This document shows positions 53,733 through 62,327 of a stretch of DNA of 64,000 nucleotides, piece after piece. The notes under the pieces are model-generated. The model was not told where the DNA came from. It worked only from the letters and a program-made list of their open reading frames with translations, and made no database searches. How positions within the stretch are numbered: the first letter of the stretch is position 1; each line of letters opens with the position of its first letter. A program made the position numbers and the translations under genes. Source of the stretch: Polyangia bacterium (lineage in GTDB: Bacteria > Myxococcota_A > Polyangia > Fen-1088). The stretch lies in NCBI GenBank assembly GCA_036494575.1, contig DASXOE010000041.1, positions 662-64,661 on the forward strand, in the 5' to 3' direction.

Positions 53733-54349
53733 TCCGTATCCTCCGCCGCGTCGCCGAGCGCGCCGCCCAGGAATGACGCCAGCAGCGGATCGCGTTTGGC
53801 GCGTTTGTCGAGCTCGCGTCGCGCGCGCCACACGCGGGCCTTGGTCGCCACCAGGGACGCCGACATGAGCTCGGCCACCTCGCGCAGTGGTCGTCCATCG
53901 ATGGCGTGCAGCGTGAAAGCGATTCGCAGCCTCGGATCCATCCGTTCGAGGAACTGGTACACGCGGCGCAGGCCCTGGCGCGCCGCAACCTGTTGCTCGG
54001 CCTCTGATTCATCGACGCGCGCGTCGGGCACGAGCTCGAGGCGAACGGCTGGCGGCGGGTTGGAACGCAGGTAGCCGTACGCGACGTTGAGGGCGATGCC
54101 GCCGATCCACGTCGTGAGCTGCGACTCGCCGCGAAACTGCGGGAGCGACCGGAACACGCGCAGGAAGGTCTCTTGAATCAGGTCCTCGTGAGGGCCGTTC
54201 GGGCCGAGCACGCGGTAGAGGAGGCCGTGGACCCTCCTAACCTCCTCGCGGAACAGGCGCGTCTGCGCGGCGCGGTCGCCGTCGACGCACCGGCGCGCGA
54301 GATCGCGCGCGGCCTCTTCGCCGTCGAGGGACTGCACAGCCAGGATCAT
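53729..54349 (-). CDS. ECF (group 4) sigma factor B
   Basis: ORF 53729..54529 trimmed to MILAVQSL. EDLIQETFLRVFRSLPQFRGESQLTTWIGGIALNVAYGYLR, and region 4 PLREVAELMSASLVATKARVWRARREL. Confidence 0.9.
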   Translation of the reverse strand: MILAVQSLDGEEAARDLARRCVDGDRAAQTRLFREEVRRVHGLLYRVLGPNGPHEDLIQETFLRVFRSLPQFRGESQLTTWIGGIALNVAYGYLRSNPPPAVRLELVPDARVDESEAEQQVAARQGLRRVYQFLERMDPRLRIAFTLHAIDGRPLREVAELMSASLVATKARVWRARRELDKRAKRDPLLASFLGGALGDAAEDTE

Positions 54350-54541
54350 CTCAGCGTTGGTGGGCGGGCGCCGGAGAAAAGTTGCGCGAATCCACGCCCC
54401 GCCGGCCGTCCTCGCGCCCGCGAGGTAGCAGAAGGTACGACATTGCCTTACACGGAGTCCTCCGGATTTTTTTCCCGCAACCTTTCCTCGCGACTTCGCA
54501 CCTGACATCTCCGTAGACCGAACCCGCACCTCGGAGACGCC

Positions 54542-55006
54542 ATGAAGTTGCTGATTGTCGACGACGATAGCCTCATCTGTAGCTCGCTTGCCCGCAGCCT
54601 CATCCGCCTAGGCCACGCCGGCCGCGCCGCCCGCTCCGTCGAGTCGGCGCTCAGGATGATCGAGAGCGATTCACCCGCCGCCGTCCTGACCGATCTCGAT
54701 CTCGGTCCCGGGGGCGACGGTGTCGATCTCATCGCGCGGATGCGCCGCGAGGGCTGCCAGGTGCCGGCGATCATGATGACGGGCAGCGACCCGGCGCTCG
54801 CGCGCGCCCGCCTCGCCCGCGCCGGGTTGGACGACATCGCGCTCCTCGTCAAGCCGTTCGCCTTCGACGAGCTCATGAAGATTCTCGGCGAGGTCCTGCC
54901 GGGGGAGGCCTCGGAGGCCGCCGCTCCCGGCCGCGTCCCCCGCCTGACTCCCGTCGCCGCGCTCGTGGACAAGGTCGTCCACTTGTTCGGCGGCCGCGCG
55001 CCCTGA
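54542..55006 (+). CDS. single-domain response regulator with a short C-terminal extension
   Basis: MKLLIVDDDS, AVLTDLDLG, LLVKPFAFDEL. Confidence 0.85.
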   Translation: MKLLIVDDDSLICSSLARSLIRLGHAGRAARSVESALRMIESDSPAAVLTDLDLGPGGDGVDLIARMRREGCQVPAIMMTGSDPALARARLARAGLDDIALLVKPFAFDELMKILGEVLPGEASEAAAPGRVPRLTPVAALVDKVVHLFGGRAP

Positions 55007-55033
55007 CCCGGTCCCTCGCGCCGCCGGACGGCT

Positions 55034-55867
55034 CTATGACGCGAGGGGCTCGCGCAATGTCTGATCGAGCGCGCGTAGCCCCTCGACGAGGTCGCAGGTC
55101 GCCTCCGTGAGCTGTCCCTCGATGTTGCCGTCACAGGCCTCGAATCGGCGGAGCTGGACCGACGTGATCATCGCGGGCAGCTGCTCGAGCGTCGCGAGGG
55201 CTTCTTCGCCCATGCCGAGGAGCCGCTCCCCTTCGGCCTGTAGCATGAGCACGGACTCGAAGTGCGATCGGCTCAGCTCGGCGGCGCGCTGAAAGCTCTC
55301 GCGGGTCTCGCCGTCGCGTTCTCGCGCGCGCTCGCGCAGGCGCTCGCCGTCCGCACGCAGGCAGCTCACCGCGGTCGTCGCGATGAACCGCGCGACGTAC
55401 TCGACGCGCGCTGCGATCACGACGATTTGACGCTCGAGCTGCGGAATCCGCGCGAGCGCGGGCTCGAGATCGAAACCGCCGCCCCGCGGCGCCGCCTCCA
55501 GCACCTCGCGGATCGCCTCGCGGCTCCGGGCCAGGCGCTCGAGCAGGATCCGGGCCTTCGGATCGGTGAAAGCCGTGAGGGGAGGGAGCTCGATGGGGAG
55601 GGCGCGCGCCCTCCGCAGCGCCATCTGCCTGGTCTTTCCATCGAGGAACGTCCCTGCGAAGAGGAGTGTGAAGATCACGGGTACGCCGACGAGCACCGAC
55701 GGCATTCCCGCGAGCACGGCGACGAGCACCGCCATCCCGGCGGCGAGGAGCGCGCCCGGCCTAGAGATCGCCGCCTTGCCGCTCGCGGCGAGCCAGAGCC
55801 GCCCGCTGTTCTCGTGCGCGGAGGTGTCACCGACGAGATCCCGCTCGAACCACTTGGGAGACGCCAT
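55034..55867 (-). CDS. hypothetical membrane protein (two TM helices plus long coiled-coil-like C-terminus)
   Basis: ORF 55034..56104 trimmed to MASPKWF (ATG 55867), because the upstream 79 codons have low GC3. TM segments LLAAGMAVLVAVLAG and VLVGVPVIFTLLFAGTF. Confidence 0.6.
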   Translation of the reverse strand: MASPKWFERDLVGDTSAHENSGRLWLAASGKAAISRPGALLAAGMAVLVAVLAGMPSVLVGVPVIFTLLFAGTFLDGKTRQMALRRARALPIELPPLTAFTDPKARILLERLARSREAIREVLEAAPRGGGFDLEPALARIPQLERQIVVIAARVEYVARFIATTAVSCLRADGERLRERARERDGETRESFQRAAELSRSHFESVLMLQAEGERLLGMGEEALATLEQLPAMITSVQLRRFEACDGNIEGQLTEATCDLVEGLRALDQTLREPLAS

Positions 55868-56124
55868 GGCCGCCCTCAAACCCCTGACCTCTGCGGGCCC
55901 AACGAACGCTCCAAGACGATCTGCCAGTTGCGATGCTGCGTGTTCATGACTGACCTCCAGAAACGAAACGGGCCCGCGGCCCGCAGAAAAACAAGTTAGC
56001 CACTCGATCGAGGTCGCCAAGCCAGGTTCATCCTTCGTTCGCGGCCGGGTCCATCGCGTGAGGCCTCGGCCGCGTGACCTTGATCGACCGCGGCGGAGAT
56101 CCAAGCTTTTGATGGGAGGCGCGG

Positions 56125-56355
56125 GTGGCGATGTCGACGTTGAGAAAGCAGGTTGTGGACGGCCCGCCCTTTGGCCAGTTCATCGATCCGGACGAGGCAT
56201 ACGTGCACTCGCAAGGCGAGTCCCTCGGCAGCGGCGCCCTCGGCGGGTGGAGCCAGGCGAATTTCGGCGGGTTTTTCTCGGAAGAACCCTCCGTCGAGAT
56301 CCGGGAGGAGATCCTGAGGGTGCGCGAAGAGCGCGCGAGAGGAACGCCGACCTGA
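56125..56355 (+). CDS. hypothetical 76-aa protein
   Basis: GTG start with gggagg 5 nt upstream, and high GC3 throughout. MAMSTLRKQVVDGPPFGQFIDPDEAYVHSQGESLGSGALGGWSQANFGGFFSEEPSVEIREEILRVREERARGTPT. Confidence 0.5.
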   Translation: MAMSTLRKQVVDGPPFGQFIDPDEAYVHSQGESLGSGALGGWSQANFGGFFSEEPSVEIREEILRVREERARGTPT

Positions 56356-56391
56356 GCAAGAACGCGCGCGCGACTCCCGCGCGGCGTGAGG

Positions 56392-58344
56392 TCACGTGGC
56401 GCGGAGCGCCTTGCGAATCAAGTCGGGCGGAACGTCGGGCGGGGGCAGGCGGGGCGCCCGCGTCGTCCGCCCTTTCGGGCGCTCCTTGAACCACGTGCGG
56501 ACGTCGGCGTCGAGGCCAATCCCGTGCATGAAGTTGTAGACGGCCTTGCGCAGCCCGCGGCCGAGCGTCTCGTGATCGCAGCCGACCGGGTCCTCGAACG
56601 GCAGCTCGTTGCGCGCGAACGTCGACGCCGGCTCGGGGCGCAGGCGGATGCCGAAGAGCTCGGGGCGAAGGCCGATGGGGCTGTGCGCCGTGGCCGCGAA
56701 GCGGTGCCAGAACGCCGACTGGATGCAGCCCTCCTCGAAGAGCTGGCGCACGCGCTCGAGGGCGTCGATGGTCTCCTGCTCCGTCTCGGTGGGAAAGCCG
56801 TACATCAGATAGGCGTGAACCATGATGCCGGCGTCGGTGAAGGCGCGCGAGACGCGGGCCACCTGGGCCACGGTCACGCCCTTCTTCATGAGGGCCAGCA
56901 GGCGATCGGACGCCACCTCGAGGCCGCCGCTCACGGCCACGCAGCCCGAGCGTGCCAGGAGCGCGGCGAGGGCGGGCGTGAAGGTCTTCTCGAAGCGGAT
57001 GTTGCCCCACCACGTGATCGTCACCCGGCGCGCGATGAGACGCTCCGCGAGCGCCCGCAGCGCCGCCGGGGGCGCCGCCTCGTCGACGAAGTGAAAGCCG
57101 CTCTGGCCGGTCTCTACCGCGAGCGCGACGATGCGATCGACGAGCAGGTCGGCCGCGAGCGGATCGTAGCGGCCGATGTAGTCGAGCGTGACGTCGCAGA
57201 ACGTGCACTTCTTCCAGTAGCAGCCGTGCGCGACCGTCAGCTTGTTCCAGCGGCCATCCGACCAGAGCCGGTGCATCGGGTTGAGCATCTCGACGAGCGA
57301 CAGGTAGCGCCCGAGGGGCAGGCCGTCGTAGGTGGGTGTGCCCGTCTCGGCGTGGGGAATGTCGTGGAGCGACGGATCGCTGCGCGTGACGACGCGATCG
57401 CCCTCCCGCAGCATCGTACGAAGGAGAGGCCGCCGTTCGTCGCGGCCCGCGCGCAGGAAGTCGATGAGCGCCAGCAACGGCGCCTCGCCGTCATCGAGCG
57501 TGATGTAGTCCACGTGCTCGAAGACGCGCGGATCCGAGAGCCCGCGCAGCTCGGTGTTGACGTAGCCGCCGCCCATGGCGACCACGGTCTCCGGTCGCGC
57601 GCGCTTGACCGCGCGCGCGATTCGGAACGCGCCGTAGACATTGCCTGGAAACGGCACCGTGAGCGCGAGGAGATCCGGCGCGTGGTGCCGGGCCAGCTCG
57701 ACGGCCAGCTCGTCGAGCCAGGCGTCGATCAAGGTGGGCGGGCCTGCGAGCGCCTCGCGAAGCGCGTCGAAGGTCGGCGCGCTCGCCGCGAGGGCCTCGC
57801 CGTAGCGCGCGAGCTCGAAGCGCGCGTCGACGCCGTCGCGCACCACGTCCGCCAGATCGTCGATGTACAACGTGGCCAGGTACTTCGCGCGATCCACGAG
57901 CCCCAGCTCGCCGAAGGCCCAGAGCAGCATGTCGTCCTCGGCGCCGGCGCGCAGCACGGCGAAGCGCGGCCCCTCGGGCAGGAACGCGCGGCCGGCGATG
58001 CGCAGCGCCAGCGTCGGGTCGCCGCCTTGGAGGAATCTCACGACGGCGTCGATCGTCGCGAGGTAGCGCTCGTGCTCGGCGAGGAAGAACGCCACCGAAG
58101 GTGGGCGGGCCGCGGTCTCCCCGCCGCGGCCGGCGCGCGGCCGCCTTCGCTCGAGCTCGTCGCGGACCGCCTCGAGCCCGTCCCGCGACAACAGGCGCAG
58201 CACGAGCCCGAGCGCCGGGTCGTCTTGCACGGCCACCACGCCGCGCGCGATGGCGTGCGTCCGCAGGAATCCCGTCAGGTAGGCCGTGGCCGGGTAGGGC
58301 GTGTTCACCTGGACCATCGGCGGCGTGAGGAGCAGGACTTTCAT
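56392..58344 (-). CDS. B12-binding-domain radical SAM enzyme (class B), function unknown
   Basis: 650 aa. MKVLLLTPPMVQVNTPYPATAYLTGFL N-terminus, TVVAMGGGYVN, cluster motif HGCYWKKCTFCD, and VSGGLEVASDRLLALMKKG. Confidence 0.85.
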   Translation of the reverse strand: MKVLLLTPPMVQVNTPYPATAYLTGFLRTHAIARGVVAVQDDPALGLVLRLLSRDGLEAVRDELERRRPRAGRGGETAARPPSVAFFLAEHERYLATIDAVVRFLQGGDPTLALRIAGRAFLPEGPRFAVLRAGAEDDMLLWAFGELGLVDRAKYLATLYIDDLADVVRDGVDARFELARYGEALAASAPTFDALREALAGPPTLIDAWLDELAVELARHHAPDLLALTVPFPGNVYGAFRIARAVKRARPETVVAMGGGYVNTELRGLSDPRVFEHVDYITLDDGEAPLLALIDFLRAGRDERRPLLRTMLREGDRVVTRSDPSLHDIPHAETGTPTYDGLPLGRYLSLVEMLNPMHRLWSDGRWNKLTVAHGCYWKKCTFCDVTLDYIGRYDPLAADLLVDRIVALAVETGQSGFHFVDEAAPPAALRALAERLIARRVTITWWGNIRFEKTFTPALAALLARSGCVAVSGGLEVASDRLLALMKKGVTVAQVARVSRAFTDAGIMVHAYLMYGFPTETEQETIDALERVRQLFEEGCIQSAFWHRFAATAHSPIGLRPELFGIRLRPEPASTFARNELPFEDPVGCDHETLGRGLRKAVYNFMHGIGLDADVRTWFKERPKGRTTRAPRLPPPDVPPDLIRKALRAT

Positions 58345-58405
58345 CGGCGCCGCCGAATCTACCGGATCCCCCGGCCGACCGGCGGCGCCGCCGCGCGCGC
58401 GACCG

Positions 58406-58723
58406 CTACATGGTGCCGCCGGAGCCGGCGCTGCCGCTGCCGCTCATTCCGGCCGTGCCCTTGTCCTTGTGGCGCTTCCGCGCGCTCTTGCCGCCGCCCG
58501 TGCCCGCGGCGCCGGTCGAGCCGCCCGTGTCGCCGCCCGCCGTCGTGTTGCGATCGTCCGAATCATTGAATCCCGGCCCCGGGTACCCCCCCGGGTGCTC
58601 GTCGTTGTTTTCGCTGCCCGCGGCACCGCCTGGAGACGGCGCGTTTCCAGGTGCGGACTCGCCTAGCGCGACGCCGCTCGCGAGAATGCCTGAGACGAGG
58701 AGAGCTAGAGCCGTGTTCTTCAT
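58406..58723 (-). CDS. small secreted Gly-rich protein (105 aa)
   Basis: 3' part of ORF 58406..59128. MKNTALALLVSGILASGVALG|ESAPGN..., with a Gly/Ser/Thr/Asp-rich body and a KSARKRHKDK basic patch. Confidence 0.6.
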   Translation of the reverse strand: MKNTALALLVSGILASGVALGESAPGNAPSPGGAAGSENNDEHPGGYPGPGFNDSDDRNTTAGGDTGGSTGAAGTGGGKSARKRHKDKGTAGMSGSGSAGSGGTM

Positions 58724-59037
58724 GGTTGCGTCCTTTCTCGCGAAGGGACGTTCAAAGGCCGTACCAAGACGCCGAGCGAAGCGCTCTGCGGCACGGGCCG
58801 TGCTGCGTGGCCGTGCGTCGCGACGAACGCTACGGCCACGCTGATGAGCACGAGGAGCTTTCGGCCGATCGAGGTCTCGACGAGCTGGGAGAGGTTCACG
58901 GTCTGGCGTCCAACGACGCGTGCCCCTCCGCTGCGGCTCGAGCCACGAGACTCCGAAAAAGCGCGGCGCCGCCGCCCGCGCGCCAGCTCGCCGCGCAAGG
59001 CGACCGGGAATCTCGGGATTGATCGAAGAAGCCTCAT
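58720..59037 (-). CDS. possible small membrane protein (Arg-rich N-terminus, one TM)
   Basis: ORF 58720..59049. MRLLRSIPRF...RKLLVLISVAVAFVATHGHAA.... GC3 is moderately high, and the stop overlaps the next ATG (ATGA). No recognisable family. Confidence 0.3.
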   Translation of the reverse strand: MRLLRSIPRFPVALRGELARGRRRRAFSESRGSSRSGGARVVGRQTVNLSQLVETSIGRKLLVLISVAVAFVATHGHAARPVPQSASLGVLVRPLNVPSRERTQP

Positions 59038-59162
59038 GGCGTGCACCAATGGTGACGCGCGCCGCGGGTGTCAATATCGACGGCGGCCCCGTCAAGGCTG
59101 ATACGGAGGCGCCCGACTCGCGCCGCACGCGCGGGACGCCGACGGTTCCGGCCAGGCTGGCG

Positions 59163-59441
59163 TTACTTTCCCGTGGTCGAAGTCGGCGCCGGGCTCAGCG
59201 GCGGCGAGGTCTGGCTGTTGGTCGTGGGCCCAGCTGGGCCGGCGCCGAGACCGACGTCCGAAGGAACGATGACGCCGCGCCTGCCGGGGGCGGGCGGCGG
59301 CGGCAGCGCCGCGTCCCACGGAGGCTTCTCGGCGGCTTGGTCGAGGGGCGACGGCGCACCACCGCCATGCGCGCGACAGGCGACGAACCCGGGCGCCCCC
59401 AGCGCCACGACGGTGAGGGCGACGAGCACCAGCCTCTTCAA
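59163..59441 (-). CDS. small Pro-rich lipoprotein
   Basis: MKRLVLVALTVVALGAPGFVAC lipobox. The ATG overlaps the PP2C stop (ATGA). Confidence 0.6.
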   Translation of the reverse strand: MKRLVLVALTVVALGAPGFVACRAHGGGAPSPLDQAAEKPPWDAALPPPPAPGRRGVIVPSDVGLGAGPAGPTTNSQTSPPLSPAPTSTTGK

Positions 59442-60298
59442 GGCGGCGCCTCGAGAGGGCCGCAGTCGGCGACGACGACCGTGACGTTGTCCGGTCCGCC
59501 GGAGGCGAGCGCGGCCGCGATGAGCGCCTGCGCGGCGGCGGCTGGATCGTCAGGCGCCGTCTTGAGGATAGACGCGATCGAATCGTCCGACACGGGTCCA
59601 TGCAAGCCGTCCGAGCACAGGAGGACGCGATCGCCCTCTTGGAGCGGGACGTCGGTGATGACCGGTTGAACGCGCCCCGTGGTGCCAAGGGCCTGGACGA
59701 GGACGTGCCGATACGGAAAGTGCTCGACCTGATCGGGCCGCAGGACGCCCGCCTCGACGAGTTGCGACGCCATCGTTTGATCTCGCGTGAGGAGCTCGAG
59801 CCGCCCACCCCGCAGCAGATAGGCGCGCGAGTCACCCACCTGGGCGAGCGAGAGATGATCGAGCCCGAAGACCGCCGCCGTGCAGGTCGTGCCCATGCCC
59901 TTGTCCTCGGGGTGGGCGTTGGCCTCCGCGAGGATCGCCCGGTTCGCGCCTTCGAGGGCGCTCTTCAGCGTGGGCCCGGGCGCGCTCACGAGCGCCGGGC
60001 CCGCACCGGCGAGCTCGGCTTTGATCGTCGCGGCCGCCACCTCGGCGGCGACGTCGCCCGCGGGCGGGCCGCCCATACCGTCGCACACGACGGCCAGCAT
60101 CCCGGGGCGGCAGACCGAGACCTCCGTACGGACGCACGGGCTGCTCATCCGACCGGACGCGAGATCCGCGATCACGAACGTGTCTTGATTCTCATCTCGC
60201 TCTCGGCCGACGTCCGATCCGCCGCAGACCGTGAAGTGACGACTCGCTCTCGTGGCCTCTGCCTTGGGCGCGCTCGCCAGCGTGGGTGCATCAGGCAT
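59438..60298 (-). CDS. PP2C-family Ser/Thr protein phosphatase
   Basis: GGSDVGRERDENQDTF, LAVVCDGMGG, GMGTTCTA, VGDSRAYLL, LLCSDGL, GGPDNVTVVV. The ORF extends to 60382; ATG 60298 is preferred. Confidence 0.9.
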   Translation of the reverse strand: MPDAPTLASAPKAEATRASRHFTVCGGSDVGRERDENQDTFVIADLASGRMSSPCVRTEVSVCRPGMLAVVCDGMGGPPAGDVAAEVAAATIKAELAGAGPALVSAPGPTLKSALEGANRAILAEANAHPEDKGMGTTCTAAVFGLDHLSLAQVGDSRAYLLRGGRLELLTRDQTMASQLVEAGVLRPDQVEHFPYRHVLVQALGTTGRVQPVITDVPLQEGDRVLLCSDGLHGPVSDDSIASILKTAPDDPAAAAQALIAAALASGGPDNVTVVVADCGPLEAPP

Positions 60299-60419
60299 TC
60301 TCCCGACAAGATAAGGCTGGTTCCGAGGCGCGCCAGATGCCCGATCGATTTTGTCGGGCACGGTCGCCGCGACCGGGATCAATGCTTATGCGTTGAGAAA
60401 CCTCATCCAAGGAGCGCCC

Positions 60420-60662
60420 ATGCCAGGCATTCGACGGTTCCCGAACGTCACGAAAACCCTCAGCCTCGCCGCAATGCTCGCGGCCTCCGTCGTCTTGTCG
60501 GGTCTTTGCGGAGGCGGCTGCGCGTACAGCGGGATGGCGGCGACACCGGACGGAACGGTGGTCCTCGCGCGCAACTCCCTGCTCGGCGCGAATCGGAAGA
60601 TCTTCGTGTGTCACATCGCGGGGAACGATCTCAAGTGCGTCGAGAGCGCGTCCCCGCCGTAG
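60420..60662 (+). CDS. small lipoprotein (80 aa, 4 further Cys)
   Basis: ORF 60351..60662 trimmed to ATG 60420 with aaggag SD. MPGIRRFPNVTKTLSLAAMLAASVVLSGLCGGGC.... Confidence 0.65.
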   Translation: MPGIRRFPNVTKTLSLAAMLAASVVLSGLCGGGCAYSGMAATPDGTVVLARNSLLGANRKIFVCHIAGNDLKCVESASPP

Positions 60663-60666
60663 CCCC

Positions 60667-61128
60667 TCACCGGGACGCCGCGCTTTCGACGTGGTCATTG
60701 TAGACGTTCAGGGCGTCGACCGCGTTCGTGGCGCCCGCGCCCATGAGGCCGAGGCCGACGCCAGCGGTCGCGACGCCCGCGCCGGCGGAGAACCAGCCCG
60801 CCGGCTTGGCGATCGCGGCGCCGACGACGACCGCGGCGAGGCCGCATACGTAGGCCGGGACGCCGACGACGAGCTGGTGGCGCGCCCGCCGTGCGTAGCG
60901 AACGGCGTCCGGCTCGCCCGCGACGAGCGCCGCGAGATCGCCGCCGAGCGGTCCGATCGGCGCCTCGACGCCTTCCTTGACGTACCAGGGAACGCCGTGG
61001 CGGATGACGATGCCGATGCGTGGGCTCGCCGAGGGTTGATAGGCGGTGCCGCACGCCCCGGCCAGAAGCGCGACCACGGCCGCGCCGATGACGACCGGTC
61101 CGGCGCCGCGGATGCGCCGCGCGCTCAT
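60667..61128 (-). CDS. lipoprotein with Gly/Ala-rich hydrophobic C-terminal region
   Basis: 3' part of ORF 60667..61638. MSARRIRGAGPVVIGAAVVALLAGAC lipobox. The ATG overlaps the stop of the C39-like gene (ATGA). Confidence 0.65.
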   Translation of the reverse strand: MSARRIRGAGPVVIGAAVVALLAGACGTAYQPSASPRIGIVIRHGVPWYVKEGVEAPIGPLGGDLAALVAGEPDAVRYARRARHQLVVGVPAYVCGLAAVVVGAAIAKPAGWFSAGAGVATAGVGLGLMGAGATNAVDALNVYNDHVESAASR

Positions 61129-61697
61129 GCCGGCGCGACGACGAGCGTGAGCCGCCCCGCATCGCGCCATTCGTGGTCGAAAGACGCGAGCCCATCCTCG
61201 CGCGGGCCGCGCCCCGGATCCAGGAGCAGGACGTGGCTGGTGGCTTCGTTGATGCCAATCACGACCTCGTAGTGAGACAGGGCCTTGTCGCCCGTGTAGC
61301 GTTGCACGAGCCCGACGAGGACCGGCCGATTGGCTCGAAGCTCGCGCACGAGATCCGCCTCCACGCCCGTGATGAGGAAGGCTCGTAGCCCCTTGTCGCG
61401 CGCGAGCTGGCGGAGCGCGCCCGCGGTCGAACCCTGCTCGCGGGCCGAGGGCATGGCCAATCGGACCTGGACCGCGGCATCGGCGACGCCCCAGTGGTCG
61501 AGCACCATCGCCAATGCCGCACTTCCGCAGTCGTGGGCCGACTCCTGCCGAATGACCCGCACGCCGCGGACCATCAACCAACCCGGCTGTCGGTCGATCT
61601 CGGCCAAGGAGACCGTCCGAGCGGAGCCGCGATAGCAACCGGCGACGGCGACCAAGAGGATCGCCGCGCGGCCGGCGCGGAAAAGAGCGAGCTTCAA
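61125..61697 (-). CDS. C39-like (papain-fold) cysteine peptidase lipoprotein, copy 2
   Basis: 3' part of ORF 61125..62867. TTG 61697 overlaps the upstream stop (TTGA). Lipobox LLVAVAGC; QESAHDCGSAALAMVL; LSHYEVVIGIN. Collinear with 13433..14029. Confidence 0.8.
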   Translation of the reverse strand: MKLALFRAGRAAILLVAVAGCYRGSARTVSLAEIDRQPGWLMVRGVRVIRQESAHDCGSAALAMVLDHWGVADAAVQVRLAMPSAREQGSTAGALRQLARDKGLRAFLITGVEADLVRELRANRPVLVGLVQRYTGDKALSHYEVVIGINEATSHVLLLDPGRGPREDGLASFDHEWRDAGRLTLVVAPA

Positions 61698-62017
61698 AGC
61701 AGCAAGATGATGAGGATGACGAGCAGCAGGATGATCAGTCCCGTGCTGCCGATGATGACGACGTCGCCGCCTCGAAAGGCTTCGAGGCCCGCGGCGCTGA
61801 CCTCGCGTTCGACATAAAGGTCGTCGAAGGCTGGCTCGGGCGCCGGCGGGGGCGCCTGCGTCCGCGTCTCCAGAGACGCGGGAGCTTCCGTGGCCGCACG
61901 CGCGGGCGGGTTCCCCTTGGCCCAGGCGTCGGCCGTGCCGAAGCTGAGGGTCAGGGCGAGCGCGAACGATACGGGAAGCCACCGCCGCCAACGGCGTGCC
62001 TTCGCGCGGGGTGGCAT
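61694..62017 (-). CDS. small exported protein with Sec signal peptide and uncharged C-terminal hydrophobic anchor, copy 2
   Basis: ORF 61694..62107 trimmed to MPPRAKARRWRRWLPVSFALALTLSFGTADAWA|KG (aggag SD). Ends FRGGDVVIIGSTGLIILLLVILIILLL. Confidence 0.75.
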   Translation of the reverse strand: MPPRAKARRWRRWLPVSFALALTLSFGTADAWAKGNPPARAATEAPASLETRTQAPPPAPEPAFDDLYVEREVSAAGLEAFRGGDVVIIGSTGLIILLLVILIILLL

Positions 62018-62327
62018 GGATCTCCTGGTTGTCGTCGGCATGTCCACTTGCCTCCTGTGCCTCGTCACTCTCGGGCCGGCGCCCAGATCTGCCCCGCGGC
62101 GACCCACCGGCTCGCCCTTCCAAATTCAATCCGTGTGCCAGGCCGTGGGGCCGCCAGGCGGCCGCGCGTCTCGCCGGGGCTCGAGCCGCCGTTACCGAAG
62201 GGAACGCGACGCTACCCATCCGTGACGTCGCTGGCGCCGGCGCCGCGCGAGACCGCGGTTTTGGCGCCGGCACGCGCGTCGCTACGCGTAGGTCACGGAG
62301 CGTTTTCTCACTCGAAAGGATCGAACC

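Noticed and set aside
50923-54012. 1029-aa minus-strand ORF
   Set aside because: The composition is extremely Arg/Pro/Ala-rich. It overlaps, in other frames, the well-supported ECF sigma B, its FecR anti-sigma, the secreted partner and the + strand lipoprotein. It is an artefact of GC-rich sequence lacking stops.
54453-54473. Mini-hairpin cggag-tc-ctccg followed by T7 as an intrinsic terminator
   Set aside because: A 5-bp stem with a 2-nt loop is sterically implausible, and no plus-strand gene ends upstream of it. It may be leader or antisense-related, but it is not a supportable terminator.
54350-54541. ECF-type autoregulatory promoters (GGAAC-N16/17-CGTC) upstream of sigma B, and likewise upstream of 30524 and 33487
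   Set aside because: Only loose matches were seen (e.g. GCAACTT…, GGAAT…GCGA, GGAAAC…), with wrong spacing or no CGTC-like -10. They are not reportable without the group-specific motif.
58406-58723. Gly-rich 105-aa protein as a RiPP precursor for the adjacent radical SAM enzyme
   Set aside because: It has a clear Sec signal peptide and would be exported, whereas the rSAM enzyme is cytoplasmic. No leader-recognition (RRE), protease or transporter genes are present. It is kept only as a neighbourhood observation.
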